Source: Azolla caroliniana
Taxonomy: Eukaryota > Plantae > Polypodiophyta
Assembly (NCBI GenBank): GCA_043228905.1
Contig: JBHGNT010000012.1
Coordinates: 16,244,001-16,308,000, forward strand
Direction of reading: 5' to 3'
Length of the DNA: 64,000 nucleotides
Shown: positions 36,484-47,631 of the stretch, piece by piece
Numbering within the stretch: the first letter of the stretch is position 1
Layout of the letters: each line of letters starts with the position of its first letter
Position numbers and translations under genes: made by a program
The notes under the pieces: model-generated
Seen by the model: the letters and a program-made list of their open reading frames with translations, nothing else
Databases searched by the model: none
Told to the model about the DNA's origin: nothing

Positions 36484-39405
36484 TCATTCTTCCTCCAAAA
36501 TATCGAGCACACTCTGCTCGATGGTGTCAAGTGGTGCTTCTTCCTCCAATTCCTGTTCCTTGCCTGCCTGGTCTCCGACCTCCGGTTGGGTTGGCTATTC
36601 CGTAAAAATTTGCTGCTCCGGCTCTGCTTGATTCTGTGGTGCCGGTGCTTCCTCACCGCTTCGTCCGGGTTCTTCCTGTTCTCCCTCTGTTCTAGGCTCT
36701 GTTCTGTTACCAGTGTCGCTTTCTCCGGTCTCGACTGGTCGGCTCGGTACGCCTTCTTCCTCTGCTCTGGTGTCTTCCGGTCTCAGCTCTTCTTCTTCTC
36801 CGGCATCGGTCTGCTCCTGCTCTTCTTCTTCTCCTTCGAACGAAAGTTCTTCTTTGGGTATTCCTCGTCGGGGTTGTTCGGTGTCGGTTGGTTCAACTTC
36901 AGCCGGTCGCTCTCCCTCACTTATAGTGATTGGCGTCGTTCTTCCCTTGGCTTCTTGTCGTAACCGGTCCTGCTCGTATTTCTCCAACTCCAACTGAGTT
37001 GCGAGCTGCCCGTCATCCAACCTCTCTACCAACCCTCGGATTTCTTTGAGATGTTCTTCCGCTAAAGCGTAGAAATCCTCCGACAATTCTTCCCGAATGG
37101 TGACGATACTTTCTTCATCCATCTTGTAGAACTTCTCACCGGTCTTCCTCCGATTCTCGGCATCCGCTCGGAGTGTCTACAGCTCGGCTGCCTGTTGTGA
37201 CCACTCCTTCCATAGCTTTTCCGTACTTTCGTTGATGCTTGCCTGAGCTCGGGTACTCCAACCTGACATGATGAGCTTGATCCGGTCAACCCCCGCCTTA
37301 GCATGCGCATAAGCTTCTTGCTTTTCCTTCCTTGCCCGTTTTATAATGTCGGCCATTATCTGAGCCTGGGCCTCGTAATCCGCTTTCTTCTTTTCATAGG
37401 TACTTTGCAGTTTGCTGATCGTGAAGGTCGATCTTTCCTTTTCTTCATTCCTGATCTTAGTCAGATCCAGCTTTTCCCGCCTTAGCGCCTCTAATTCCTT
37501 CCTTCTCTCCGTCGCTTGGGTTATTTCCGCCGACAATGCTTCCTTTTTGGCACTGACCTCATCCATTGCCTTAGCCAGATCTAATCGGGTCTCTTTGAGC
37601 TGTTCTTTTAGCTTCTCTATTTGCCGGTCGTAGTCTGCTGTCCGTTTCTTGTTGTCCGACTCGGCCTGCTTGTGATCTCGGTAGAGACGGTCGAAGTCCT
37701 CCGTCTTCTGCTTCAGGCGTCGGTTTGCCTGAGCTCTTAACCGGTCGTCCCGGTCCTTCTGTTGTCGGAGTTCTTCCTGCAGTCGTTCTATCTCCTGCTC
37801 GGCATGTCGACGCAATCGGTCCTTCTCCTTTTGCAGCTTCTCTTTTTCTTCTTGCAGTCGGTCATTAGTGGCTCGGCCTTTCCGGAGGCCTTCTTCCATT
37901 TTTCATCTGTCGTCCTCCACCGCTTTCCGCTGCTCCCTTTCTTTTTCCCTTAATGCCTCCTGAGCTTTTAACTCCTCTCGTAAGGTTTCTATTATTTTTT
38001 CGGTCTCAGGGCCGGTTTGCAAGGCTACCGGTTCCGGTTCCGGTTCTGGTTGCTTCCTTGTTGTCCCGACCGGCTCGGTGACAACATGTGCTTGTTGAAT
38101 TCCTTCCCTTGCCTGCAACAACTCCCCTTGCATTTCCTCGATCTGTGTTCGGAGCGCGGCCAACTCCTGAGTTGTTGTATGCGTTAGATGTTGCCTACAC
38201 ATTTCTTCTTCCTCTAACTGGTCCGCTACTCCCGATAACTACTCCGAAAGCCATCTCAGCCATTGTGGCTTTGTGCTTCCTGTGTCGGGGTGGCCTTGCT
38301 CACTTCTACTCCTTAACTCAGGCTGTTTTTCCGGCCTTTTCTCTGGCTCCAGCGCTTATTCATTCTTCTTCTCTGGGATGACCGGTTCTCTGAAGTCCGG
38401 CACAACCGGTGTCAGTGCTGCTTCCCTCGGTACGGGTTCCAGTACTGCTTCCGCCTCGGCTACTGGAGGTGGTCCTTGCGCCCTCTGCTGAGTTTTGTCA
38501 ACTGGTGGAGCCGGTCCTTTTGCCTGTCTCTCCCGACCTTGTCTTGCTGGGAGTCTTACCAGTGGTTCGGATGAGTCTTCTATTTCAGCTTCCTCCTCCG
38601 GTGGGGCTACCAGACAGACCTTTTGTATAAAGACCTCTGGTTCCGGTTCCGGCCGTCGCAGCGTTATATTTATTGGTTTGAGCGCTACCGGTTCCTCCTC
38701 GGCCGATTTCCCTTTGCCTTTTCCTGCCGGTTTTGCCTTTGTTGCCGGTTCTTGTTGCTGTCGGGATGGTCCTTCCCCCCGCTGTTCTGCTTCTTCCTGG
38801 GTCCATCCGGGGGTGTGTTTCTCCAGGATATGTCGGCGCTTTGTGACCTTTTTCGGCGTTGTCTCTTGCCGACCTCTTTTCTTTTGTTTGATGGGGAGTA
38901 CCGGTGGGACTAACACCGTTAGCCATTGTGCTATCCCGGCCCATGGCTTTTTGCCTTCCACAAGGTTCTTGATGGCCTCCTTCAATCCTTCGGTTATGAA
39001 ATGGAGCCAGTCCACTTGTAATCCTTCGTACGCTGCAATTAAGAACGCTGCCTGGTACCTGGCTATGGCCGGGGGACGAGGATTCACGAATCCGTATTCC
39101 ATCATGGCGCGGGCCACTTCTCCGAACAACAGGTTCTCTCCGCCCTGTGTTCGGTACGCCTTGCTGCTGATAGAATACTCACCGAAATATTCGAACAGGA
39201 TTTCACTTGAAGGGTTTTCGATTGTTTGAAGTCCTCCTGCTTTTATCCCCGTGAGCACCTGCACCGCTCCTTCCGTGATTTCTGATAAATCAATCGATGC
39301 TGCCGCCTGCTCTGGTTCTGTGTGTGGTGGAGCGTCGGCGATCCGCAGCAATCCTTTTAACCCGTTCTCCCTCATCCATTGGCGTGCCTCCTCCGACAGT
39401 ACCAT
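36484..39405 (-). pseudogene. Extra post-pol ORF (~970 codons, several stops): globular N-domain, Pro/Glu-rich linker, long coiled coil, acidic tail
   Basis: Consecutive minus-strand ORFs 38356-39405, 37903-38202, 37177-37899, 36595-37122; homologous pieces in elements 2 and 3. Confidence 0.8.
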
Positions 39406-39989
39406 TGGTTCGAATTCTTCTTCTGCTGTCTGTTGTTCGGGATCGGGCTGTGTGTGCGCTGTGCGTCGGATCGCTCTTCTGTGCTTCTGCGCCTATGTGT
39501 AGGAAAATTCGTAAAAAGTAAGTCCTTCGCAGGCCTGTGTCTTATATAGTGGCTTTTGCCTCGAGCCGCCCTCTTTCGTTTCCCGCGCATGTTCATCTCC
39601 CGCCATAATTAGTATGTCCTTTCTTGCTTGCCGCGTGTGAGTGCCCACGTTCCCTGCTTTAAATAGCAAGTACGCGCACGTCCTTCTTTACTGCATGGCG
39701 CCTCTTCGTTGCATGGTGGCGCTCCCACCTCTTGTGATCTCCCCATCACTACTATGATTCGCGCCGATTTGGCCCACGTCTTTTTTTTTCTTTCTTTCTT
39801 TTTTTTTTTTTTTTTTTTTTTCTTTCTTTGTTTGGACCACGTCATTTTCTGGTCCCCCCCGATTTGTTCGGGTCGGTTCGCGTTGATACCGGATCCTTCT
39901 GTCGGTTTTCCGGGATAGTCTTTGTCAGTATCGATGTCGGTTCCTCATCTTGCCGGATTTCCGGGTTTTGCTTGAACGGGTTGGCTGGC

Positions 39990-42900
39990 ATATTTCCCTT
40001 ATACGGCTTTAGCCGAAACCCATTTGCCCACTTATCGATGACATCTCCAGATAACGTGCCGAGCTGATACGACCCATTGTACTCCTTGGTGATCCAGAAC
40101 GGTCCGGTTCACCGAAACCGCAACTTTCCCGGCATGTTCCCCATCCGTGTTTGGAATAGTAGCACCGGTTTCCCGACTTCGAACTCCTTTTCATTGCCAC
40201 GCCGGTGTCGGTCCACGAAAGCTTTTCTCCTCCTTTGCTCCAGTTCGAGTTGTAGTAAGCTGGCTATTCGGTTTTCTTCTAATTCCAACAACGTCGCCAG
40301 CCGGATTCGTTCGGACTCCTTCTCACTTAAGCGCTCCTTTACCTGGATCCGTAAGCTGGGGATCTGGAACTCTACCGGCATGACCGCTTCTAAACCGAAT
40401 GCTAGTCGGAACGGGGTTGTTTGGATGCTGGTTTTGTACGTTGTTCGGTACACCCATAGCGCGCTTTGCAATTTCGTATCCCAGTCGGTCCGGTTCTCGT
40501 TGACGATTTTTCGTAGGATGTTCTGCAGAGTTTTGTTCGTTGATTCCGCTAGTCCATTGGCTTGAGGGTAGTAGGGAGTACTCCTTTTATGTACCACCAC
40601 GTAAAATGACGTCAGGCTTTCTACTACCTGCCCGAGAAAATGTCCTCCTTGGTCACTTATAAGCTCGATCGGGCATCCATACCGGCACCATATGCACTCG
40701 TACAGAAACTTTTCCGTGGATGCGGCCGTGTTGTCCCGTAAGGCCTTTGCTTCTACCCATTTGGTGCAATAGTCGGTTGCCACTATGACATACCGATTTC
40801 CGGTTCGCATTGCCGGTGGCTTGAAGGGACCGACAAAGTCCAAACCCCACTTTTGAAACGGTTCCAAAGGCAAGACCGGGTGGTGTGGCATCCGGGCCTG
40901 CTCCGTGGGTTGGCCCAGTCATTGACACAAATCGCATTCTCTGCTATACTTCACGGCATCTTTTAGGGTGGTGGGCCACCACAGTCCGCTCTGCCATATT
41001 TTCCGAGCGGTTGCATCGCCGGCATAATGCCCACCGGCAATTCCATAGTGGGCTTCCCTGAGGATTAAATCCTTCTCATCGCTCCGCACTACTCGTCTCC
41101 AGATGCCATCTACCCCCTTGTGATAGAGGGTGTCTCCAACCAAGCAGAAATGTCTGCTTCTTACTGCTACCCTTTTCCTTTCATCGCGGTCCATGTTCTC
41201 CGAGGGTACTCCGGTGCTCAGGAACTGATGCATCTCAATTAGCCACGTGTCTTCATCGGCTACCGTTGCATCCGTTGCCGGTTTCGTTGTGATCCGGAAC
41301 AACTCGGCGTCGGGGAACTCATCCTGGACGCCGTCCCCTGCTTCTCCGGATTCGAGTCTGCTTAGGTAGTCCGCTACCGCATGCTGCGCCTCGGGTCGGT
41401 GGAAAACGTCGAATTCAAATTCCTGTAACAGCAGTGTCCATCATGCAATTTTTCCCGTCAGGGATGCCTTTGAGACCAGGTAGAGTAGTGCCGAATGGTC
41501 GACATGGAAGGAAAACTTCCTTCCGAGTAGATAGTGCCTGTACTTTGTGATACTATACACCATTCCCAATGCCTCGCGTTCCGTCGTGGAGTAGTTCCGT
41601 TCGGCTTTTGAGAGTTTCCGGCTTGCGTAGTACACCGGTCGGTACCATTTCGGCTCCGTGAGTTGCATCAGAACGCTGCCGATTGCTACGTCCGACGCGT
41701 CGACGAAGACGTGAAAGCTTTTACTCCAATCCGGCGGTTGCACCACCGGAGCTTGCGACAGCATAACCTTCAACGCTTGGTAGGCTTCCTCCTCCGTCTC
41801 CGCCCATAGGAAGGGTACCCTGTGTACGGCGGTATGTAATGGTGTAGCGAAGTCTGCGAGGTGCCGTATCATCCGGCTATGCCACCTTATTTGGCCCAGG
41901 AACCGGCTTAAAGCCTTTGCGTTATTTGGTGCTGGTGCCTCGAGAATCGCCTTGACTTTATCCGGATCTACCGCGATTCCTTCCTTACTCACCACGTGCC
42001 CTAGTAAGTTGCCGCTTGCCACTCCAAAGACGCACTTGGTCGGGTTCAAACTCAACCGGTACTCGCGGCACTTCTCCAAGCACAGCCGGAGGTGATCGAG
42101 ATGCTCTCTGTGCCGGTTGTAGACCGCGAAATCGTCAAGGAAGACCTGCATAAAACCGGGGATATATTCCCCGAAAATTTCCATTATTATCCTTTGAAAG
42201 GTCGCTGGAGCCGTCTTTAGTTCGAACATCATCACGACCGCGACGAATACTCCCCATTCCGTAACGAACGTTGTCTTCTCCTGGTCGGCCGGGTTCATTC
42301 GTATTTGGTTGTAGCCGCTAAATCCATCCAGGAAGCTGTAAACTTCGTGGCCGGCTACCGCATCTAACACCCCGTCCGTAAATGGTAGTGGAAACGCATC
42401 GGTCACTGTTGCGGCATTTAGTTTTCGGTAGTCCACGCATACCCGGATTTTGCCGTTCTTTTTCGGGACCACCACTATCGGACTCAGCCAGGTTGTCTGC
42501 TTGACTGGTCGGATAAATCCGACCCGGAGGAGCTTATCAATCTCCTCCTTCACCTTCGCCGCATAATTTGGATTCATCCGGTACCTGCGTTGAGCGATCG
42601 GTTTCGCGTCCGTACTTAGGTGAATTTGGTGCTGATAGAGCTGGGGGTCCAGCCCTCGCATGTCTTCATACGACCACACGAACACATCCTTGAAGTCTGT
42701 TAATAATGCTATCATTGCCTTCTTTTCTTCCTTCGGCAATTCCTTTGCGACATTTACCGGTCGGGGCTTGTCTGTTGTGCCGAGGTCCACCTCCTCTAGT
42801 TGGGATGCTTTTACCCTCTGGGATATCGTCATTTCCCTCTCTAGGGATTCCTGCGCTTGTCGCAGTTCCCGGATCGCCGCTTGGTCTGGTTCGTCCGACG

Positions 42901-43525
42901 TCGTAATGTACGGTTCTACTGCCGCCGTGATATCCACCTCAAATAGTGGGACGATTCGTGAATGTTCCTCGAGGTACCGCTCGACTTCCTCGTCCGGTAA
43001 TCCCTCCAACATGTTGATGCTTTCCGCATACAATGGAGTTTCTTCCTTACTGGCGATCACCCGTGGTTGCGTCGTTACTGGTACCTTTGTTTTCCCTCGC
43101 CGGAATGTGATCATGTTCTTTTGCCAGTTCTGCTTGATATGCGCCGTTCACAGCCATGGTCGTCCTAGCAGTAGGGGGTACGCGCCTTGTACATTCAGCT
43201 GCAGCACCACGGCCGATATCCGGAATACATGGCCTCCGATCGGTCGGACTGAGCTGGTATCCTCCATGCGTAACCAGAAGGGGCATGGTTCCCATTCCCG
43301 GATGCCCAGGTTATCGCATGTCTGTCGGCTGATGACATTTACCCCGGAGCCTCCGTCAATAATCGTTCCAGCAATTTCCTTTCCTTTCACGATTGCCGTG
43401 ATCGCCGGGCTACTTGTATCGACCACCGCTGGTCCTTCCTCCGGGTTGGAGAAGAATGCCGGTGCTGGCGTCAGCTTCTGTTTGCTCACGGATGCTTGTA
43501 AGTCTGCCGTAAACCGTGGCACCAA
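39990..43525 (-). pseudogene. pol of element 4 (protease, RT, RNase H, integrase) with a few in-frame stops
   Basis: IIDGGSGVN; FLDD; VDASDVAIG; H-x6-H..CDLCQ; GLDFVGP, SDQG, QANGLAE. Confidence 0.93.
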
Positions 43526-45610
43526 CTATAGTAGGCGTGCTAACGGCAACACGATTTGACAGTCCTGTAGCGCTTGCCACGTCGGGTTTTCTCCTGGCTG
43601 TATGATTTCTTCGTCTTTTGGCATATTTTGGTCTCTGACTTCTGCCGCATTCTGTTCATTGGCCTCCTTGATCCATTGCGCCGCTTGTTTTCTGATTGCC
43701 TCCTGGGCTTCCCACTCGGCGGGCTTTCCCTTTGACCGGGTTGTGACCTGCTGTACTTCTGTTATTTCGGCTGTAACCATGTTGACTGCCGGCTGCTTGT
43801 CATTGGTTTTGCTTGGGCATTGGTTACTATAATGGCCTTCCTTATGGCAGTAATAACAGTACAACTTGTGACTGTTGCTCGTTTCTCCTTTGTCCCCGGT
43901 TTGGAGGGTCGGTATGCTTCGGCGGTCGTCTTCGGTTTTTCGGTTATCCGGTACCGATACCGGGTTGTCATTCCTCGCTGCCTCCCGACGTTCCTCTCTT
44001 CGGAAAAATCCACGCTTTTGATTCCGTCGGAAATTTCGGTTCCCTTGTCGCCTCTCTTCTCTGCGTCGTTCGTATTCTGGGGATTTGTCTCGGTCGTACC
44101 GGTCCCGGGGGTAGCTATCTCTGCGTTTCTCCTCTCGGTTATAGTTATCGCGTCTTCTATCAACGTATCTGTTACCGCGTTCGCGTTGGTAGCGGTCGTC
44201 TCTCCGGAATCGATCCTCATCCGGGTTCTGATTGCGCGGTTCTATGTGTCGAACCGGTGCTGCCTGCCGATTTAACAGGTTATATTCGCATCGGTCTGTT
44301 GTATGGGCTCGAGAGTTGCAGATCATACATTGTGTCCGCAGGGTGCAGTGTAATGTTGAGTGGCCCGAATTTAGGCATGTTGTGCATTGTAAGGCCTGTC
44401 GGAACCTCAGGTCTTCCTCCTTTGGGAGTGCCCGGTGTAACATCCCCATCGACAAGATGGAACTAGTCTTGTCCATTTCTAAGACCCGATCAATAACTTG
44501 GTCCATTGTGCTGGTGTGGAAATCAAGGACTCCGCACATTGTTCGAAGTGGCTCTTTCAGCGCGGCCAAAAAGACTGCTTTGGCTTTGTCTTCGGGTGGT
44601 GCTCTCGTCAGTTGGCTGTGCAGGGTCTGAAACTGAATGATGAATTGTGGCACAGTCTCGTTCTCTTCCTGCCGGGTGGTGTAGAACTGCCCGACCAATT
44701 CCCTTTGCTCAACTTGTCTGTGAAAAAGCCTGAGGAATCTGGCCTTCAAGGCATCGAATGTGGCAAAGCTGCCCAGTAAGGGCTTTGCGTGCCATCGGGC
44801 CGCCGGTCCTTCTAAGGTCATGCCGAATTCGGCGACTTTGGATCGTTCGGCTTCGGGCTCCGTCAGTCTTTGGGAGACATGGTTGGATTCCCATGTTTGG
44901 AGGAATGCATACACGTGTGCCTCCGCGTCGGGCTCATACCGGTACTTTGGGTATGGGTACAACATCGTGTCGTCCAACTGACTCTCCTGCCTTCTCCGCT
45001 CTCTGTCCGCTGTTGGCGTCGGTGTGAGAACCTTTGGTTCCTCCGCGGTTGGTGCCAGTATCCGCTCCTTCAGTTCCTCCGCGGGTGTTGCCGGTGTCCG
45101 GTCCTTTGGTTCCTCCGCGGGTGTTGTCGGTATCCGCTCCTTCGGTTCCTTCGCGGGTGTTGTCGGTATCCCGTCAGCCTCCCTCGACGATTGTCGGTCA
45201 CCGAACTCCAAGGTTATTTCTTCCTCTGGCTCCGGTGTTACTGAGTCTTCCGACCCCTCTTCCCCCCGGTCGTTTGGTGTGTCGTGGCTGCTTTTATACC
45301 GGGACACAACGCTTCCGTCGCTTTCTGACTCCGCCTCAAGTGTTGCGAATGCTTCCGAGTCCCCGTCGCCCTCGGCGAGCGTCTGTAGTATCGTTTCCGC
45401 CTCTTGCAGGCTTGTTATGCTACTGCCTTCGTCGGGGATTTGCAGAACCCGGAACTGCAGTGCTTCTTCTGCGACTCTCCGAAGAGTTTTGGAGAATGAC
45501 CGATCCCGCCGGATCTCGTCGACGGCTTGCTGCAGGGATTCCCGTCGTTGCTCACGTTCGGTGTATCGTCTCCCTCGTTCGGTGATGTGGTCGTCGTTTG
45601 GTCTAGACAT
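43526..45610 (-). CDS. Gag of element 4
   Basis: Long open frame with retrotransposon-gag domain (LEGPAARW..LKARFL..ETVPQF), Cys/His clusters, CYYCHKEGHYSNQC knuckle, 13-aa TPAEEPKER repeats at 45010-45170; start codon uncertain. Confidence 0.8.
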   Translation of the reverse strand: MSRPNDDHITERGRRYTEREQRRESLQQAVDEIRRDRSFSKTLRRVAEEALQFRVLQIPDEGSSITSLQEAETILQTLAEGDGDSEAFATLEAESESDGSVVSRYKSSHDTPNDRGEEGSEDSVTPEPEEEITLEFGDRQSSREADGIPTTPAKEPKERIPTTPAEEPKDRTPATPAEELKERILAPTAEEPKVLTPTPTADRERRRQESQLDDTMLYPYPKYRYEPDAEAHVYAFLQTWESNHVSQRLTEPEAERSKVAEFGMTLEGPAARWHAKPLLGSFATFDALKARFLRLFHRQVEQRELVGQFYTTRQEENETVPQFIIQFQTLHSQLTRAPPEDKAKAVFLAALKEPLRTMCGVLDFHTSTMDQVIDRVLEMDKTSSILSMGMLHRALPKEEDLRFRQALQCTTCLNSGHSTLHCTLRTQCMICNSRAHTTDRCEYNLLNRQAAPVRHIEPRNQNPDEDRFRRDDRYQRERGNRYVDRRRDNYNREEKRRDSYPRDRYDRDKSPEYERRREERRQGNRNFRRNQKRGFFRREERREAARNDNPVSVPDNRKTEDDRRSIPTLQTGDKGETSNSHKLYCYYCHKEGHYSNQCPSKTNDKQPAVNMVTAEITEVQQVTTRSKGKPAEWEAQEAIRKQAAQWIKEANEQNAAEVRDQNMPKDEEIIQPGENPTWQALQDCQIVLPLARLL

Positions 45611-45646
45611 CCATCCTCCGGTTGTCCTCTGCACTTTGCAGGAATC

Positions 45647-45656
45647 GTGGTCGCCA
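45647..45656 (-). other. PBS of element 4 (tRNA-Arg(TCG)-like)
   Basis: TGGCGACCAC, 6 nt inside the 5' LTR. Confidence 0.7.
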
Positions 45657-45662
45657 AAATAG

Positions 45663-46053
45663 TGTTGTCTGCCTGGCCGGACTAGCCTCAACACAGGTGT
45701 CTATCCGACACTTCTCCAAAGGGGTGGTAAGGATTGGATGCTAGGTTACACGCGTAAGATGATTACAATTAAGCACAGACGGTAAAACAATACAGAGATA
45801 CAGATAAACACGCAATAATTCTATTTGTATTACTTCCGTCAAAGCCTTTACAAATCATCGGATCCTTTTATAGGCATCCGGCAAGGTTACAATCGGTGCG
45901 CTTAGGCAACCGACATCCGAATCGGTCCGGATCCGGATCGGTACAACTGTACCGGATCCGTCCCTCCGAATAATAATTCTACTATTATTTACTTCCTATT
46001 ATCCGATCCGACTCCGCCTTCCCACTTGTCCTTACTCTTCTGATCGGTCAACA
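45663..46053 (-). repeat. 5' LTR of element 4
   Basis: Direct repeat of 36043-36433; CCTATAAAAGG on the minus strand. Confidence 0.95.
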
Positions 46054-47135
46054 AAACTTGATCTTCATATGGGCTAGCATCAAATTTGTATAAGTGAGGA
46101 TGATGTTCCTAAAACGAAATTTCGTACGCACTATGAACATTATGAGTTTTTGGTTATGCCGTTTGGTTTAACCAATGCTCCAACCACATTTCAACAAGAA
46201 ATGAATGATATTTTCTGAGAACAACTTGGAAAATTTGTCGCTATTTTCTTGGATGATATTCTAGTTTATAACCGTACATTAGAAGAACATGATAAACATG
46301 TTTGCTTTGTTTTACAAACATTGCGTGACAAACAGTTTTATGCAAAGATCTCAAAATGCGAGTTCTTCAAGAAATCACTTACTTATCTTGGACATCTCAT
46401 AACCTAACAAGGAGTTGAAATTGATCCTTCTCGCACTGAGAAAATCAAACTTTGCCCCTGTTAAGCGTTGGGATAACAACACAACCAGTCACGAATAAGA
46501 ACGCATCAACAAGGACGTAGTACGAAGAGGAAACGACAAGAGGAAAGGAAAGCAAAGAGACAGCCAAATGTGAAAGGCCCATACCCTAAACGTGAAAGCT
46601 ATATAAACCACATAGTAGTGGCTTTGTGGGAGTTCTCCCATTTGTGAAGATCTCCTATTATTAGAGCTAGAGCTTCCTCTCCTCTTTCTTGTAACCTTTG
46701 AGCTTAAGGGAGATTAGTGAAGTGTTGAGTTAGAGAACACTAATCTCTCTCCTTGTTGGTGCTAGACCTCTTAGCAAAGAGGGTTAATAATAGACATTAT
46801 CTTGCTTCTTATTGTCTATATCTATTGATCTATTGTCTATGAGAGAGAGCTTGAGAGAGTGAGAGAGATATCGTGCTTAATCATTTACTAATCGTTGAGT
46901 GAGTGTGGGGCTCGGAGGTATCCGACAACCATCTCCGCACGATTCGCCATCAAGAGGGTATACGCCGGTCTGAATCCCGCCACGACATCGAGGAGCTTAC
47001 TCCATCGATACATAGATCCTTAACATCTATTTGGCGCCGCTGCCGGGGATACGACCGACGCTTGAAGCCTATTTTCGAGTAGTAAAAAACTTGGAGGCAA
47101 ACCACTCAACAAAGGAAGAAATCACAAGAGAACCA

Positions 47136-47426
47136 CCATTTTCTGTTTTTTATCATTTCATAGTTTAATTAAGTTCCATTTTCTGTTTTTTTCATCATTT
47201 CATAGTTTAACTAAGTTCCATTTTCTGTTTTTTTTCATCATTTCATAGTTTAATTAAGTTCCATTTTCTGTTTTTTTCATCATTTCATAGTTTAATTAAG
47301 TTCCATTTTATGTTTTTTTCATCATTTCATAGTTTAATTAAGTCCCATTTTCTGTTTTTTATCATTTCATAGTTTAATTAAGTTCCATTTTCCGTTTTTT
47401 TCATTATTCCATAGGTTAATTAAGTC
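47136..47426 (+). repeat. Seven tandem ~41-43-bp units in the leader of element 5
   Basis: Unit CCATTTTCTG(T)nCATCATTTCATAGTTTAATTAAGTT. Confidence 0.92.
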
Positions 47427-47631
47427 GATTTTTTGTTCATTCGCTCGGTTAACATTAAACATTGTGGAGATTAGGCCGTTACGGGGCAAGCATAATCATC
47501 GCGAGTCTCGCGGCTTACGATCACTCCACGGGTCACGACGCGACCGTTGGCGCCAAAAAGTTTGAATTTCTCACGCAAAGCTCGATGAAGCTTCAACCTT
47601 CGACGAACGTATAAAAGCTTGATCAGAAAAC

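Larger units (their letters stand above)
36043..46053 (-). mobile_element. Full-length non-chromovirus Ty3/gypsy element with extra 3' ORF (element 4)
   Basis: 391-bp LTRs 36043-36433 and 45663-46053 (about 6 differences); TSD AAACT (36038-36042, 46054-46058); PBS; gag-PR-RT-RH-INT, then a ~2.9-kb ORF. Confidence 0.95.
33120..46458 (+). mobile_element. Second, more decayed copy of the element 1 chromovirus family (own sequence 33120-36042 and 46054-46458), 5' LTR missing
   Basis: Reverse-complement homology to 3340-6760 (leader, gag MAQNNGPMS, protease, [14 protein letters not shown]); RT resumes after element 4 and is cut again at 46459. Confidence 0.9.

Noticed and set aside
43520-43530. 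Programmed stop-codon readthrough between gag and pol of element 4
   Set aside because: The TAG, like the TGA stops at 43148 and 41441, is most simply a C>T decay product; cannot be separated from readthrough without sister copies.
47136-47426. Possible CRISPR array
   Set aside because: Head-to-tail tandem repeat without unique spacers.
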